Virus record (IMG/VR): IMGVR_UViG_3300032236_000971 | Span: 43,890 to 107,889 of that record | From: a virus | Strand: one strand, 5' to 3' | Length of the DNA stretch: 64,000 bases | Shown: piece by piece, positions 1-8,579 of the stretch | Numbering within the stretch: position 1 is the stretch's first letter | How the letters are laid out: every line of letters starts with the position of its first letter | Position numbers and translations under genes: made by a program | Notes under the pieces: model-generated | Told to the model about the DNA's origin: nothing | The model's input: the letters and a program-made list of their open reading frames with translations, nothing else | Databases searched by the model: none

Positions 1-9
1 GGTGGTATT

Positions 10-171
10 ATGGAAATGAAGCAGACTATTGCTAATTTAGAAAAGTACCGTGATCTTGTAGAGTATATCAATAGCGACTATGTCGAGTTAAGTTACGAGA
101 AAGCGCAATGGCAACGTGATGATTGGCGCAAACGTTGTACTAAACTTATTATTGAGGATCATACTAAATGA
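10..171 (+). CDS. Small hypothetical phage protein (may extend past the window start)
   Basis: Read by hand in frame 1 (MEMKQTIANLEKY...EDHTK*); its TGA overlaps the next ATG. Confidence 0.55.
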   Translation: MEMKQTIANLEKYRDLVEYINSDYVELSYEKAQWQRDDWRKRCTKLIIEDHTK

Positions 172-449
172 CTGGGTATCAATCAAAGAAGTTGATGGCT
201 GAAATGCGATTTGAAAACGAAGATCCTAATATGTTCTACAACCTACGTCACCTGAAGCAGTTTCAGGAACGTACCAACTCGGACAAAACAAAATGGTTTT
301 GTTCTTGGGATAAAGAAAATATCATTATCTACGATAACAAAAACAATATCATTTGTAAGCTTGACGATATTGTTTTAGCCGAGTATATTACAAGCCTACA
401 TAATATGTCTATTAGAATGATCAAAGAAGTGGAATCAAAATATGAATAA
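168..449 (+). CDS. Hypothetical protein
   Basis: 93 aa ORF overlapping both neighbours. Confidence 0.65.
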   Translation: MTGYQSKKLMAEMRFENEDPNMFYNLRHLKQFQERTNSDKTKWFCSWDKENIIIYDNKNNIICKLDDIVLAEYITSLHNMSIRMIKEVESKYE

Positions 450-1158
450 TGCTAAAATTATTGCTATCACACAACCATTGTTGCATAAAGGTGGTGATGT
501 TATCTATGACGAATCTGGATTTATTATTGGCGAGGCTGATGGACCAAAACTTACTGTAGATGAGTTTATTGCTTATGTTGCTCGTGTATCTAATCCATCA
601 AACCAAAACAACACATTGACTGCACCAAAGCTGCTTCGTTATCTAGCCAAGCATAAGCACTGGTCGCCATTTGAGATGGTCAATGTGGTTATGGAAATAA
701 ATACTACTAGAGACATTGGTCGTCAGATCCTTCGTCACCGTTCCTTTACCTTTCAGGAGTTTAGTCAGCGCTATGCGGATCCAACCAAAGATATGGGTTT
801 CGTCACTCGTGCCGCCCGTTTGCAAGATACAGCCAATCGCCAGAATTCCATCGAAACTACCGATGAAATACTACAGCAAAAGTGGACTGAGTATCAAGAC
901 TTCTTGTCGCAACACTCACAGCAAGTTTACCAGTGGGCTATCAATAACGGTATAGCAAAGGAGCAAGCACGTGCGGTATTACCTGAAGGACTTATTCTTA
1001 GCCGCATGTATATGGCTGGCAGTCTTCGCTCTTGGATTCATTATTGCCAACTGAGGTCTGGCGTTGAGACTCAGAAAGAGCATCGCGAGATTGCTATTGA
1101 TGCTTGGTATCAGATTATCGAGCATTTCCCATCTCTTAAAGATGCCCTCGATCTATAA
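442..1158 (+). CDS. thyX: FAD-dependent thymidylate synthase
   Basis: HWSPFE and RQILRHRSFTFQEFSQRY (RHRx7S ThyX motif); KEQARAVLP. Confidence 0.97.
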   Translation: MNNAKIIAITQPLLHKGGDVIYDESGFIIGEADGPKLTVDEFIAYVARVSNPSNQNNTLTAPKLLRYLAKHKHWSPFEMVNVVMEINTTRDIGRQILRHRSFTFQEFSQRYADPTKDMGFVTRAARLQDTANRQNSIETTDEILQQKWTEYQDFLSQHSQQVYQWAINNGIAKEQARAVLPEGLILSRMYMAGSLRSWIHYCQLRSGVETQKEHREIAIDAWYQIIEHFPSLKDALDL

Positions 1159-1161
1159 ATA
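1154..1161 (+). promoter_or_regulatory. T4-type late promoter TATAAATA upstream of the csgF operon
   Basis: Exact TATAAATA about 20 nt before the ATG at 1182, with a GGAG RBS in between. Confidence 0.8.
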
Positions 1162-1181
1162 GCGGGTAATGGAGATTAAAG

Positions 1182-1619
1182 ATGAAGAAATTAGCGTTTA
1201 TACTATGCCTAATTTCTTCTGCTTCTTTTGCTACTGAAGTTCAATTTGGGTTTAAGAGTCCGTCGTTTAACGGTAATGGTTACTCTTCTCATGTACTTAC
1301 TATTGAGAATCTCGAAGCAACAAGAAAACAGAAGATATTAGACGACGCAAAGGCAGCGGCTGAGAAGGCAGCTTCCGATGCTAAGAACACGAACCTTGCT
1401 AAGTTTTTAAACAACTTAGAGAGCCGTATTTACGCTACTATTTCTCAGAACATTGCTTCAGAGCTATTTAAGTCTGGTGGAGCTACTACGGGAGCGTTTG
1501 ATATTCAGGGTAATCATTTACAGTGGGTATCAGACGGTTCAACTATAACATTAAACATTACAGATCCGGGTGGAAGTGTGACGCAGGTGGTTGTTCCTTA
1601 TGGGAGTTTAGCATGGTAA
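1182..1619 (+). CDS. csgF: Curli assembly component CsgF-like protein
   Basis: Signal peptide, then TEVQFGFKSPSFNGNG (like the CsgF N-terminal NPxFGG segment); FLNNLESRIYATIS; C-terminal ITDPGGSVTQVVVP; adjacent to csgG. Confidence 0.85.
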   Translation: MKKLAFILCLISSASFATEVQFGFKSPSFNGNGYSSHVLTIENLEATRKQKILDDAKAAAEKAASDAKNTNLAKFLNNLESRIYATISQNIASELFKSGGATTGAFDIQGNHLQWVSDGSTITLNITDPGGSVTQVVVPYGSLAW

Positions 1620-2422
1620 AGTATGCGGCATTAGCATTAGCATTGTTACTTGGTGGGTGCACGGGTAAGCAGGTAACTCAGGCTGAGATTGAAAAGCAGA
1701 TTGACGAGCCAGAGATCATTACGCACAAGCGTTTTAATGAGATAGTAAACATCACCCCTCCAGCCGAAGATCCTATTCCTATTGCTGTTTATCGCTTTCA
1801 GGATCTAACAGGTCAACGTAAGCCTAATAATAATTATGCTTCACTTAGCTCGGCAGTAACACAGGGCGCTGAAGTATTCCTTATTAAGGCATTAAAGGAT
1901 GCAGGTAACGGTAAGTGGTTCCTTCCAGTTGAGCGTGTAGGACTTGAAAACCTAGTAAAGGAACGTCAGCTTATCCGTTCACAAAGAGAAACATATGAAA
2001 AGGATCAGGCAAAGCCTCTAGTTCCTTTAATTGTAGCAGGGAGTATGATTGATGGCGGTATTGTGGGATATGATACTGATATTGGGACTGGTGGTATTGG
2101 CGCTCGTTTTCTTGGTATTGGAGCCGATCAACAGTATAGAAAAGACGAAATCACGGTCATGGTCCGATTGATATCTGTAAATACAGGTGAAATACTACTA
2201 TCTACAGGGGCTACTAAAACAATTTATTCTACTGGTACTAATTTAAATGTATTGAAGTTTGTTGATGCTGGTACTAAGTCAGTAGAGTTTGAAGCTGGTT
2301 CGTCTATTAATGAACCTACTACCTATGCTGTAAGAATTGCTATTGAAGCAGCGATTGTTGATATGATTAAAGAGGGCGCAAAGAAGAAAATATGGTCGTT
2401 TAAAAAGGAAAAAAAGAAATGA
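1613..2422 (+). CDS. csgG: Curli secretion channel lipoprotein CsgG/HfaB family
   Basis: Lipobox LLLGG-C after ATG 1613 (RBS GGAG); IAVYRFQDLTGQRKP, SSAVTQGA, WFLPVERVGLENLVKERQLIR, GGIVGYD motifs. Confidence 0.93.
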   Translation: MVKYAALALALLLGGCTGKQVTQAEIEKQIDEPEIITHKRFNEIVNITPPAEDPIPIAVYRFQDLTGQRKPNNNYASLSSAVTQGAEVFLIKALKDAGNGKWFLPVERVGLENLVKERQLIRSQRETYEKDQAKPLVPLIVAGSMIDGGIVGYDTDIGTGGIGARFLGIGADQQYRKDEITVMVRLISVNTGEILLSTGATKTIYSTGTNLNVLKFVDAGTKSVEFEAGSSINEPTTYAVRIAIEAAIVDMIKEGAKKKIWSFKKEKKK

Positions 2423-3096
2423 AACTAGTAGCAAGGATGATCGCGTTTTTGACATTCTTGGTTATGATTCAGTATGCGCATGCGGGAAGTAATAATAGTA
2501 TCTATATTGATCAAATTGGTGATGGTTCTAATATAACTTTGACGCAAACTGGTAGTGGAAACGGAATCGGTTCATCATCAAATCGATCTTCGTTTAATGG
2601 CAATAACTTAACGGTAACAGTATCTCAAATAGGTAATCAAAATAACCAACTAATCAACGTGGTTGGTGATGGTGTAACATTGAATTCAACTATCACTGGA
2701 AATACGAACCAGGTTGATATTGATTGTACATCTTGTACGGCTTCGTCTATAACTAGTTCGGTAACAGGTAGCAGTAACCTTGTTACTATAACTAATGAGA
2801 ATTTAAACAATACAGCTTTAACAATTGAATCTGATAATAACACTGTAACATTAACTAATAATTCCACAGCGGTTGCTGGCGTGAATAATGTCATCAATAT
2901 CTCTGGGGGTAACGGTAACCAATTGATTTTAAGTCAGACTGGTCCAGCTGGCGCTCTTGGTCACAAAGTTGATTTAGCAGTAACTGGTGCACTTAATAAT
3001 GTTCAAATAGGACAAGGTGGATCAGTTGACTCAGTCGTTAATAGTACGATCACTGGCTCTAGCAACACTCTTATTATTAAGTCTAACCACAACTAA
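2419..3096 (+). CDS. Secreted curlin-like (CsgA/CsgB-type) repeat protein
   Basis: Signal peptide; N/G/S/T-rich repeats such as NSIYIDQIGDGSNITLTQTGSGN and TVSQIGNQN (QxGxxN); one CxxC. Confidence 0.75.
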   Translation: MKLVARMIAFLTFLVMIQYAHAGSNNSIYIDQIGDGSNITLTQTGSGNGIGSSSNRSSFNGNNLTVTVSQIGNQNNQLINVVGDGVTLNSTITGNTNQVDIDCTSCTASSITSSVTGSSNLVTITNENLNNTALTIESDNNTVTLTNNSTAVAGVNNVINISGGNGNQLILSQTGPAGALGHKVDLAVTGALNNVQIGQGGSVDSVVNSTITGSSNTLIIKSNHN

Positions 3097-4132
3097 CGCT
3101 GAGGTTGGCAAGGTCACAGAGCAATCTGGACCTACTGAAATACGCAGAGATAAGAATTCTTTACCTAGCTCTATCTCTTCTGAGGTGGAGATGAACGACG
3201 TTATAACTACAGCTAATGCAAAAGCTGGTATTACGTTTAAAGACGATACAAAGGTACAGATAACCGAGCAGAGTAAACTTGTTATTGATACGTTTGTTTA
3301 TGATGGTGAAAAGAAAACGGGTAAGCTCGGTATAAAAATGGCGCTTGGCACTATTAAGTACGCCAGTGGCCAAATAGCAAAGAATGATCCAACTCAGGTT
3401 ATGGTTGAAACGCCAACAGCAACGATTGGTGTAAGAGGCACAGATTTTTCAGGAACTGTAGATGAAACAGGAAGATCAACTATTATATTGCTACCTTCTT
3501 GCCCAAGCGGCTGGAAGAATATTGATCGCGATTGTGTCACTGGGAATATTAGCGTTACTACTATCATGGGTACTGTCTGGTTAACTAAACCGTTTGAGTC
3601 AGTTACAGTTAATACAACTATCGCTCAACCTAAGTCAGCTATACTAAATCTTAGTTTAGATCAAATCAATAATATGCTGATCGTTACGCCGCCTAAAGAA
3701 GTAAGGGAAGAAAGAACTAGAACACAAACTAAAGCATTTAACTTCCTCGATCAAAACTTTCTTGATAAAGATTTATTAAAATATGATGGCCTTGATAATA
3801 ATGCGTTGGATAAACCGAATGTATTAGATAGAAACGCATTAGATAGTGATTACCTAATGAACGCATTAGACGTTATAGCTAATCAGTTTCTTAGTAACGA
3901 GCTTGATCAATATAACGCACTGCTGCCTAAATACGATAAATCAACTGGTTTGAAATTTACTGTTGATAGTGAAGTTTTAAATTTATATCGTGAAACAGTA
4001 AGTAACTACTATGATATCAATTTAAATATCTATAGAAGTTTAACACTGAATCTTACTCAAGATAATTTGACAATTAAACAATTAGTAAATGGACCTGGTA
4101 CTACTACGATAACAATAAAGCAGGGCAACTGA
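3017..4132 (+). CDS. Exported FecR-domain protein
   Basis: Hydrophobic N-terminus; FKDDTKVQITEQSKLVID and VETPTATIGVRGTDF FecR motifs. Confidence 0.88.
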   Translation: MDQLTQSLIVRSLALATLLLLSLTTTNAEVGKVTEQSGPTEIRRDKNSLPSSISSEVEMNDVITTANAKAGITFKDDTKVQITEQSKLVIDTFVYDGEKKTGKLGIKMALGTIKYASGQIAKNDPTQVMVETPTATIGVRGTDFSGTVDETGRSTIILLPSCPSGWKNIDRDCVTGNISVTTIMGTVWLTKPFESVTVNTTIAQPKSAILNLSLDQINNMLIVTPPKEVREERTRTQTKAFNFLDQNFLDKDLLKYDGLDNNALDKPNVLDRNALDSDYLMNALDVIANQFLSNELDQYNALLPKYDKSTGLKFTVDSEVLNLYRETVSNYYDINLNIYRSLTLNLTQDNLTIKQLVNGPGTTTITIKQGN

Positions 4133-4395
4133 TGAAAACATTACTCGCACTTCTATTAATGACAACACCTGCTTTCTCGCAGACAGTAAATAATGCAACC
4201 GTGAATTTACAAGGAGCTAATCAAAGTGTTAGTATTACTCAGTTTGGCAGTGATAAATCTGCTACCGTTACTTTTAATGGGTATGGGCTTAATGCAATTA
4301 TCAGTCAATCGGGTTCTAATCCTCAGTCTTTTTCTTTATCTGTTACTTGTACTAGCTCTTGTCCTACTTCACCTTACATCATTAACCAATACTGA
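4132..4395 (+). CDS. Small secreted curlin-like protein
   Basis: Signal peptide; NLQGANQSVSITQFGS and IISQSGSN repeats; C-terminal CTSSC. Confidence 0.65.
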   Translation: MKTLLALLLMTTPAFSQTVNNATVNLQGANQSVSITQFGSDKSATVTFNGYGLNAIISQSGSNPQSFSLSVTCTSSCPTSPYIINQY

Positions 4396-6452
4396 TGGAA
4401 ACGCTAGGCAAATATCTTACAAGCACATGGGCAGCTGCTATCAGCGCCTGTCTCCTGTTGATATTGTATGTAATCAATCCAAGCTTCATCCAAACACTAC
4501 AATTGAAGACATTCGATTACCTGATAACTTCGCTTGACAAAAAGCAATCAGAAGAGATTGTAATTGTTAACTTTGGCGAAAAGTCAGTAAAGCAATTTGG
4601 TCAGTGGCCATTTGATCGCCGAGATATTGCTAAGACAATTGAAAAGCTTAAAGAACACGAAGCAGCCGTTATAGTTGCTCCTATATTATTTTCTGAAAAA
4701 GACAGAGCAGGTGGTGATGATGAATTGGCTAATAGTCTCGGAGGTGTTGTTATTGCTCAAACACCTACTACGCAAAATGTTCCACCTGACGCTGTACGTC
4801 GTGGGTTTGCTGCTATTGGTCCTGTTGATCCTATCAGCTATGTCTATCGTTGGAATGGTGGATTACGCCCTATTAATAAGCTGGCAGAATCTGCTGAAGG
4901 AGTCGGCGTTCTCGCCACTATCCCTGAAATCGATGGCGTTGTCCGTCGTGTCCCTCTACTTGTTAATATTGCAGGTAATCTTTATCCATCATTACCTCTT
5001 GAAACCCTTCGTGTCGCTGCTGGTGATCCTTCCTATCAAATTAAAACAGGTGATGCTGGGCTTGAGTTTGTGCGCATACCTGCTTTTCCTGCTGTTCCTG
5101 TCGACGAAAGAGGGCGTGTTTGGGCAACATGGAATACAAAGTTCGAAGAGGTAGAAGCAACGGAAATTGATGACAGAGTCAAAGGTAAGATAGTAGTTCT
5201 TGGCTTGACTATTGAAGGCGTTGGCGGTATAATCAGTACTGCAATGGGTGAAAAATGGGCGCATTCGATACAGGCTAGTACGCTTCAAACACTTATTGAT
5301 GGAACTTCTATTTCTCGCCTATCCGTAGCAAGGCTATTAGAAGGAATACTAATACTAGGAATACTGCTCCTATTTCTGTATAGCGTTCCAAAAGTGTCTG
5401 TAAAGATGACAGTTCCATTTTATGCTCTCTTTATTGCGAGTATATCTTATGGCTCGTATTATTTATTTCAAACCCAGCTTCAGCTGTGGGATCCTAGCTA
5501 TCTAATTCTATCTGGATCAATACTATTTGCTCACCTAATATTCAATAACTTTGCTCGTGAGTTTAGATTAAAGCAACAGATCAAGAAGCAATTTGGTACA
5601 TACTTATCGCCAGCATTAGTTGAAAAACTTCAAAAGAACCCTGAATTACTTAAATTGGGAGGAGAGACCCGTGAGTTATCGATCATGTTCACAGACGTTC
5701 GCGGCTTTACTAATATTAGTGAGCATTATGGAGCTGACGTACAAGGTCTTACTCAAATAATGAATCGCTATATGACAGCGATGACTGCTAAGATTATTCA
5801 GAACGAGGGCACACTAGATAAGTATATCGGTGACGCTCAGATGGCATTTTGGAATGCGCCACTTGATGATAAAGAACACGCTAAACATGCAGTTAAAACA
5901 GCATTGGAGATGTTAGATGACCTCAAAAGATTTAACACCGAGATTTTGGCTGAAGGTATCCCTGCCTTTGGTATGGGTCTTGGCATTAATACAGGTAGTG
6001 TCGTTGTGGGGAACATGGGATCTTCTCAGCGTTTTGATTACACCTGTCTTGGCGATTCTGTTAACCTGGCAAGTCGTTTGGAAGGACAATCAAAACCATA
6101 CCATGTGAAAATGGTTATTGGTCCTGAAACATATGAGTATGTTAAGGATGAATATCTATGCTTAGAGCTTGATTGTCTCGCTGTTAAGGGTAAGGCAATA
6201 GGTGTTAAAATATACACTATTGTTAATAAGAATGGTTTGAATATTGCAGCTTCGCGTTCGCATGCACAGTTTTTAGAATACTATCGTCAGATGGCATGGG
6301 GTAAAGCTCTTGAGTATATTCCTTACATAGAAAGAGCTTTTGAAGGTGAAATGAAAGAATACTATAAGATGATGGCTGAACGTATTGAAGAGTATAAAGT
6401 TAATCCGTTACCAAAAGATTGGGATGGCGTATATAGGACAAACTCAAAATGA
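4395..6452 (+). CDS. CHASE2-domain membrane class III adenylate cyclase
   Basis: N-terminal TM; CHASE2 (GQWPFDR, DGVVRRVPL, YPSLPLE); three TMs; catalytic FTDVRGFT, DKYIGDAQMAFW, FDYTCLGDSVNLASRLEG, VKGK. Confidence 0.95.
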   Translation: METLGKYLTSTWAAAISACLLLILYVINPSFIQTLQLKTFDYLITSLDKKQSEEIVIVNFGEKSVKQFGQWPFDRRDIAKTIEKLKEHEAAVIVAPILFSEKDRAGGDDELANSLGGVVIAQTPTTQNVPPDAVRRGFAAIGPVDPISYVYRWNGGLRPINKLAESAEGVGVLATIPEIDGVVRRVPLLVNIAGNLYPSLPLETLRVAAGDPSYQIKTGDAGLEFVRIPAFPAVPVDERGRVWATWNTKFEEVEATEIDDRVKGKIVVLGLTIEGVGGIISTAMGEKWAHSIQASTLQTLIDGTSISRLSVARLLEGILILGILLLFLYSVPKVSVKMTVPFYALFIASISYGSYYLFQTQLQLWDPSYLILSGSILFAHLIFNNFAREFRLKQQIKKQFGTYLSPALVEKLQKNPELLKLGGETRELSIMFTDVRGFTNISEHYGADVQGLTQIMNRYMTAMTAKIIQNEGTLDKYIGDAQMAFWNAPLDDKEHAKHAVKTALEMLDDLKRFNTEILAEGIPAFGMGLGINTGSVVVGNMGSSQRFDYTCLGDSVNLASRLEGQSKPYHVKMVIGPETYEYVKDEYLCLELDCLAVKGKAIGVKIYTIVNKNGLNIAASRSHAQFLEYYRQMAWGKALEYIPYIERAFEGEMKEYYKMMAERIEEYKVNPLPKDWDGVYRTNSK

Positions 6453-7150
6453 TTTCATTTGTAATACCTTGCTATAACGAAGAAGCACATATTAAAGATT
6501 GTATTCGCTCTATCAGAAAACATATATGGTATATACCTTATGAAATTATTGTAGTTGATAATAACTGTACAGATAGAACTGCTGAAATTGCGGAAGAAGA
6601 GCTTGCGAAAGTTGTTAAAGAAACACGTAAGGGTGTTGTATTTGCAAGACAAGCTGGTTACGAAGCTGCAACTGGTTGGCTGATTGCTAATATCGATGCT
6701 GATTCTAAGATAACCGATGGATGGGTTTGGGAAGCAATGAGTATGTTATCAAACCATGATACTGTCGCAGTAACTGGTCCATTAGAATACGAAGGTGCTG
6801 GTTTAGGTTTACGTATAATGACGAAGCTGTATTACCTGCTTGCTAAGTTTAGTAACGATCATATTGGCGTGTTTCTTCAAGGAGGCAACTGCATGATCAA
6901 GAAGAAAGCTTTAGATGAAGTTGGTGGTTACGATGGTACTATTATTTTCTACGGCGAAGATACGATGACTGCAAAACGCATACAGCACCTCGGTAAAGTT
7001 GTATTCAATATGTATATGGTAACAACAACGTCACCAAGAAGGCTTAAAGAGCAAGGCGTCATAAAAACTACATGGTTATATCTTACTAATTATTTTTCTG
7101 TGACTTTCAAAAATAAATCTACAACTAACGACTATAAGGATTTTAGATGA
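6449..7150 (+). CDS. Glycosyltransferase family 2
   Basis: SFVIPCYNEE, IIVVDNNCTD, NIDAD (DxD), GED, SPRR motifs. Confidence 0.92.
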   Translation: MISFVIPCYNEEAHIKDCIRSIRKHIWYIPYEIIVVDNNCTDRTAEIAEEELAKVVKETRKGVVFARQAGYEAATGWLIANIDADSKITDGWVWEAMSMLSNHDTVAVTGPLEYEGAGLGLRIMTKLYYLLAKFSNDHIGVFLQGGNCMIKKKALDEVGGYDGTIIFYGEDTMTAKRIQHLGKVVFNMYMVTTTSPRRLKEQGVIKTTWLYLTNYFSVTFKNKSTTNDYKDFR

Positions 7151-7875
7151 AGTCATACAAAACAGTATTCATATCAGATTTACATCTGGGTACAAAAATG
7201 AGTCAAGCAAATAAGCTGCTTGATTTTATGAAAACATTCGAATGTGAAAAGATATATCTAGTAGGCGATATTGTTGATTGTTGGGCTATGTCAAGAAAAA
7301 TGATATGGTCTCAATTTCATAATGACGTAATTCAAAAGCTACTCCGTAGAGCTAGAAAAGGTACTGAAATTGTTTATATTCCCGGAAATCACGATGACGT
7401 TATGCGCAACTATTGTGATAACGAATTTGGTCATATTATCATGGTTAGGGAAGCCGTACATGTGGGAGTCGATGGCAGGATATATCTTGTTACTCATGGT
7501 GATCAGTTTGATGTTGTAATTCGTAATGCCGAATGGCTTGCTCACCTTGGCGGCTGGGCATATGACCTTAGTATAAACATGAGTCGTTTCATCAATAAAA
7601 TTAGGACCGTGTTTGGTTTAAAATACTGGTCATTGTCAGCTTATCTAAAGAACACAGTAAAAGAATCTGTAAACTTTATCGGTAATTATGAAGAAACACT
7701 ATCGAAGTATGTGAAAGGTAAGAAGCTAGATGGAATTATATGCGGTCATATTCATCATGCTAACATTCGTGATATTGGCGGTATTAGATATATGAACTGC
7801 GGCGATTGGGTAGAGTCATGTACCGCCTTAGTAGAAAACCATGACGGTACATTTGAAATAGTTAAGTGGGTATAA
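7147..7875 (+). CDS. plcP: PlcP-like phospholipase C / LpxH-family metallophosphoesterase
   Basis: ISDLHLG, LVGDIVD, HNDVIQKLLRRARKG, PGNHD, HGDQFD, YWSLS, CGHIH, NCGDWVESCTA; has GNHD rather than the GNRD of LpxH. Confidence 0.8.
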   Translation: MKSYKTVFISDLHLGTKMSQANKLLDFMKTFECEKIYLVGDIVDCWAMSRKMIWSQFHNDVIQKLLRRARKGTEIVYIPGNHDDVMRNYCDNEFGHIIMVREAVHVGVDGRIYLVTHGDQFDVVIRNAEWLAHLGGWAYDLSINMSRFINKIRTVFGLKYWSLSAYLKNTVKESVNFIGNYEETLSKYVKGKKLDGIICGHIHHANIRDIGGIRYMNCGDWVESCTALVENHDGTFEIVKWV

Positions 7876-8229
7876 TTACTTGTGTTTGCTGGCTAGTTCT
7901 TCAGCAGCCTTAACTTGTTTATCAGCAGCTTCAAGTTCGCGTTGTTGAGCTTTGGCTGCTGTTTCTACGTCATGTAAATGACGCTCTGATTCAATTTCTT
8001 TACCACGTAGCTGTAGTACAATATTAATTTTTTGATTAAGACGGATTAAATCATTGTCAAGCATGCGAATACGATCTATAAGAGCAATAAGTACCGTACT
8101 AGCTTCGCTGGTGACTGGTTTGATTTCTTTGGTTGCCCATGTCCATACATAATAAATCATATACCCCATACCGCCAGCGGCTACAATAGGGAATCCGTAT
8201 TTGTTAATAAGTTCTGCTAACCCACCCAT
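7876..8229 (-). CDS. Small single-TM coiled-coil membrane protein (paralogue of 8229..8510)
   Basis: GFPIVAAGGMGYMIYYVW TM followed by LIDRIRMLDNDLIRL. Confidence 0.75.
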   Translation of the reverse strand: MGGLAELINKYGFPIVAAGGMGYMIYYVWTWATKEIKPVTSEASTVLIALIDRIRMLDNDLIRLNQKINIVLQLRGKEIESERHLHDVETAAKAQQRELEAADKQVKAAEELASKHK

Positions 8230-8510
8230 TAGTCTCTCCTTGCATCATTTTTGCCGTCAGCTCGGGCAATTCTATCAACGTCTGGCTTTACACCAAGCGC
8301 ATTTGAAACTAATGTGTCAATACGAATAACGTCATGATTCATTGTCTTCACACGATTATCAAGAGCAGTAATGATACCAGAAAGACTTTTAACAGAGCTC
8401 ATAACACCAGCAAGGATAAACTTCATTGTAAGAAACACGAAATATCCACCAGCACACGCAGCTGCAATAGGGAAACCTACTTCTGCGACTAATTTAAACC
8501 ATTCATCCAT
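8229..8510 (-). CDS. Small single-TM coiled-coil membrane protein
   Basis: GFPIAAACAGGYFVFL TM followed by LDNRVKTMNHDVIRID. Confidence 0.75.
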   Translation of the reverse strand: MDEWFKLVAEVGFPIAAACAGGYFVFLTMKFILAGVMSSVKSLSGIITALDNRVKTMNHDVIRIDTLVSNALGVKPDVDRIARADGKNDARRD

Positions 8511-8527
8511 AGTAACACCTTTTTAGT

Positions 8528-8560
8528 TTGACTAATTAGTAAAAATATAGTATATTTATA
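8528..8560. promoter_or_regulatory. Overlapping divergent promoters: sigma70-type for nrdA (+) and late TATAAATA for the membrane pair (-)
   Basis: TTGACT 8528-8533, 17 nt spacer, TATATT 8551-8556; TATTTATA 8553-8560 reads TATAAATA on the minus strand. Confidence 0.7.
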
Positions 8561-8579
8561 ATCAAGAGGAGAGATAACA

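Noticed and set aside
1523-1612. N-terminal extension of CsgG given in the ORF track
   Set aside because: It overlaps csgF; ATG 1613 has an RBS and gives a proper lipoprotein signal. Starts were trimmed on similar grounds for gp32, gp4, gp26 and several early ORFs
7147-7875. Lipid A biosynthesis enzyme LpxH
   Set aside because: It has GNHD rather than GNRD and carries PlcP-type motifs; LpxH-family annotation is kept only as a fallback
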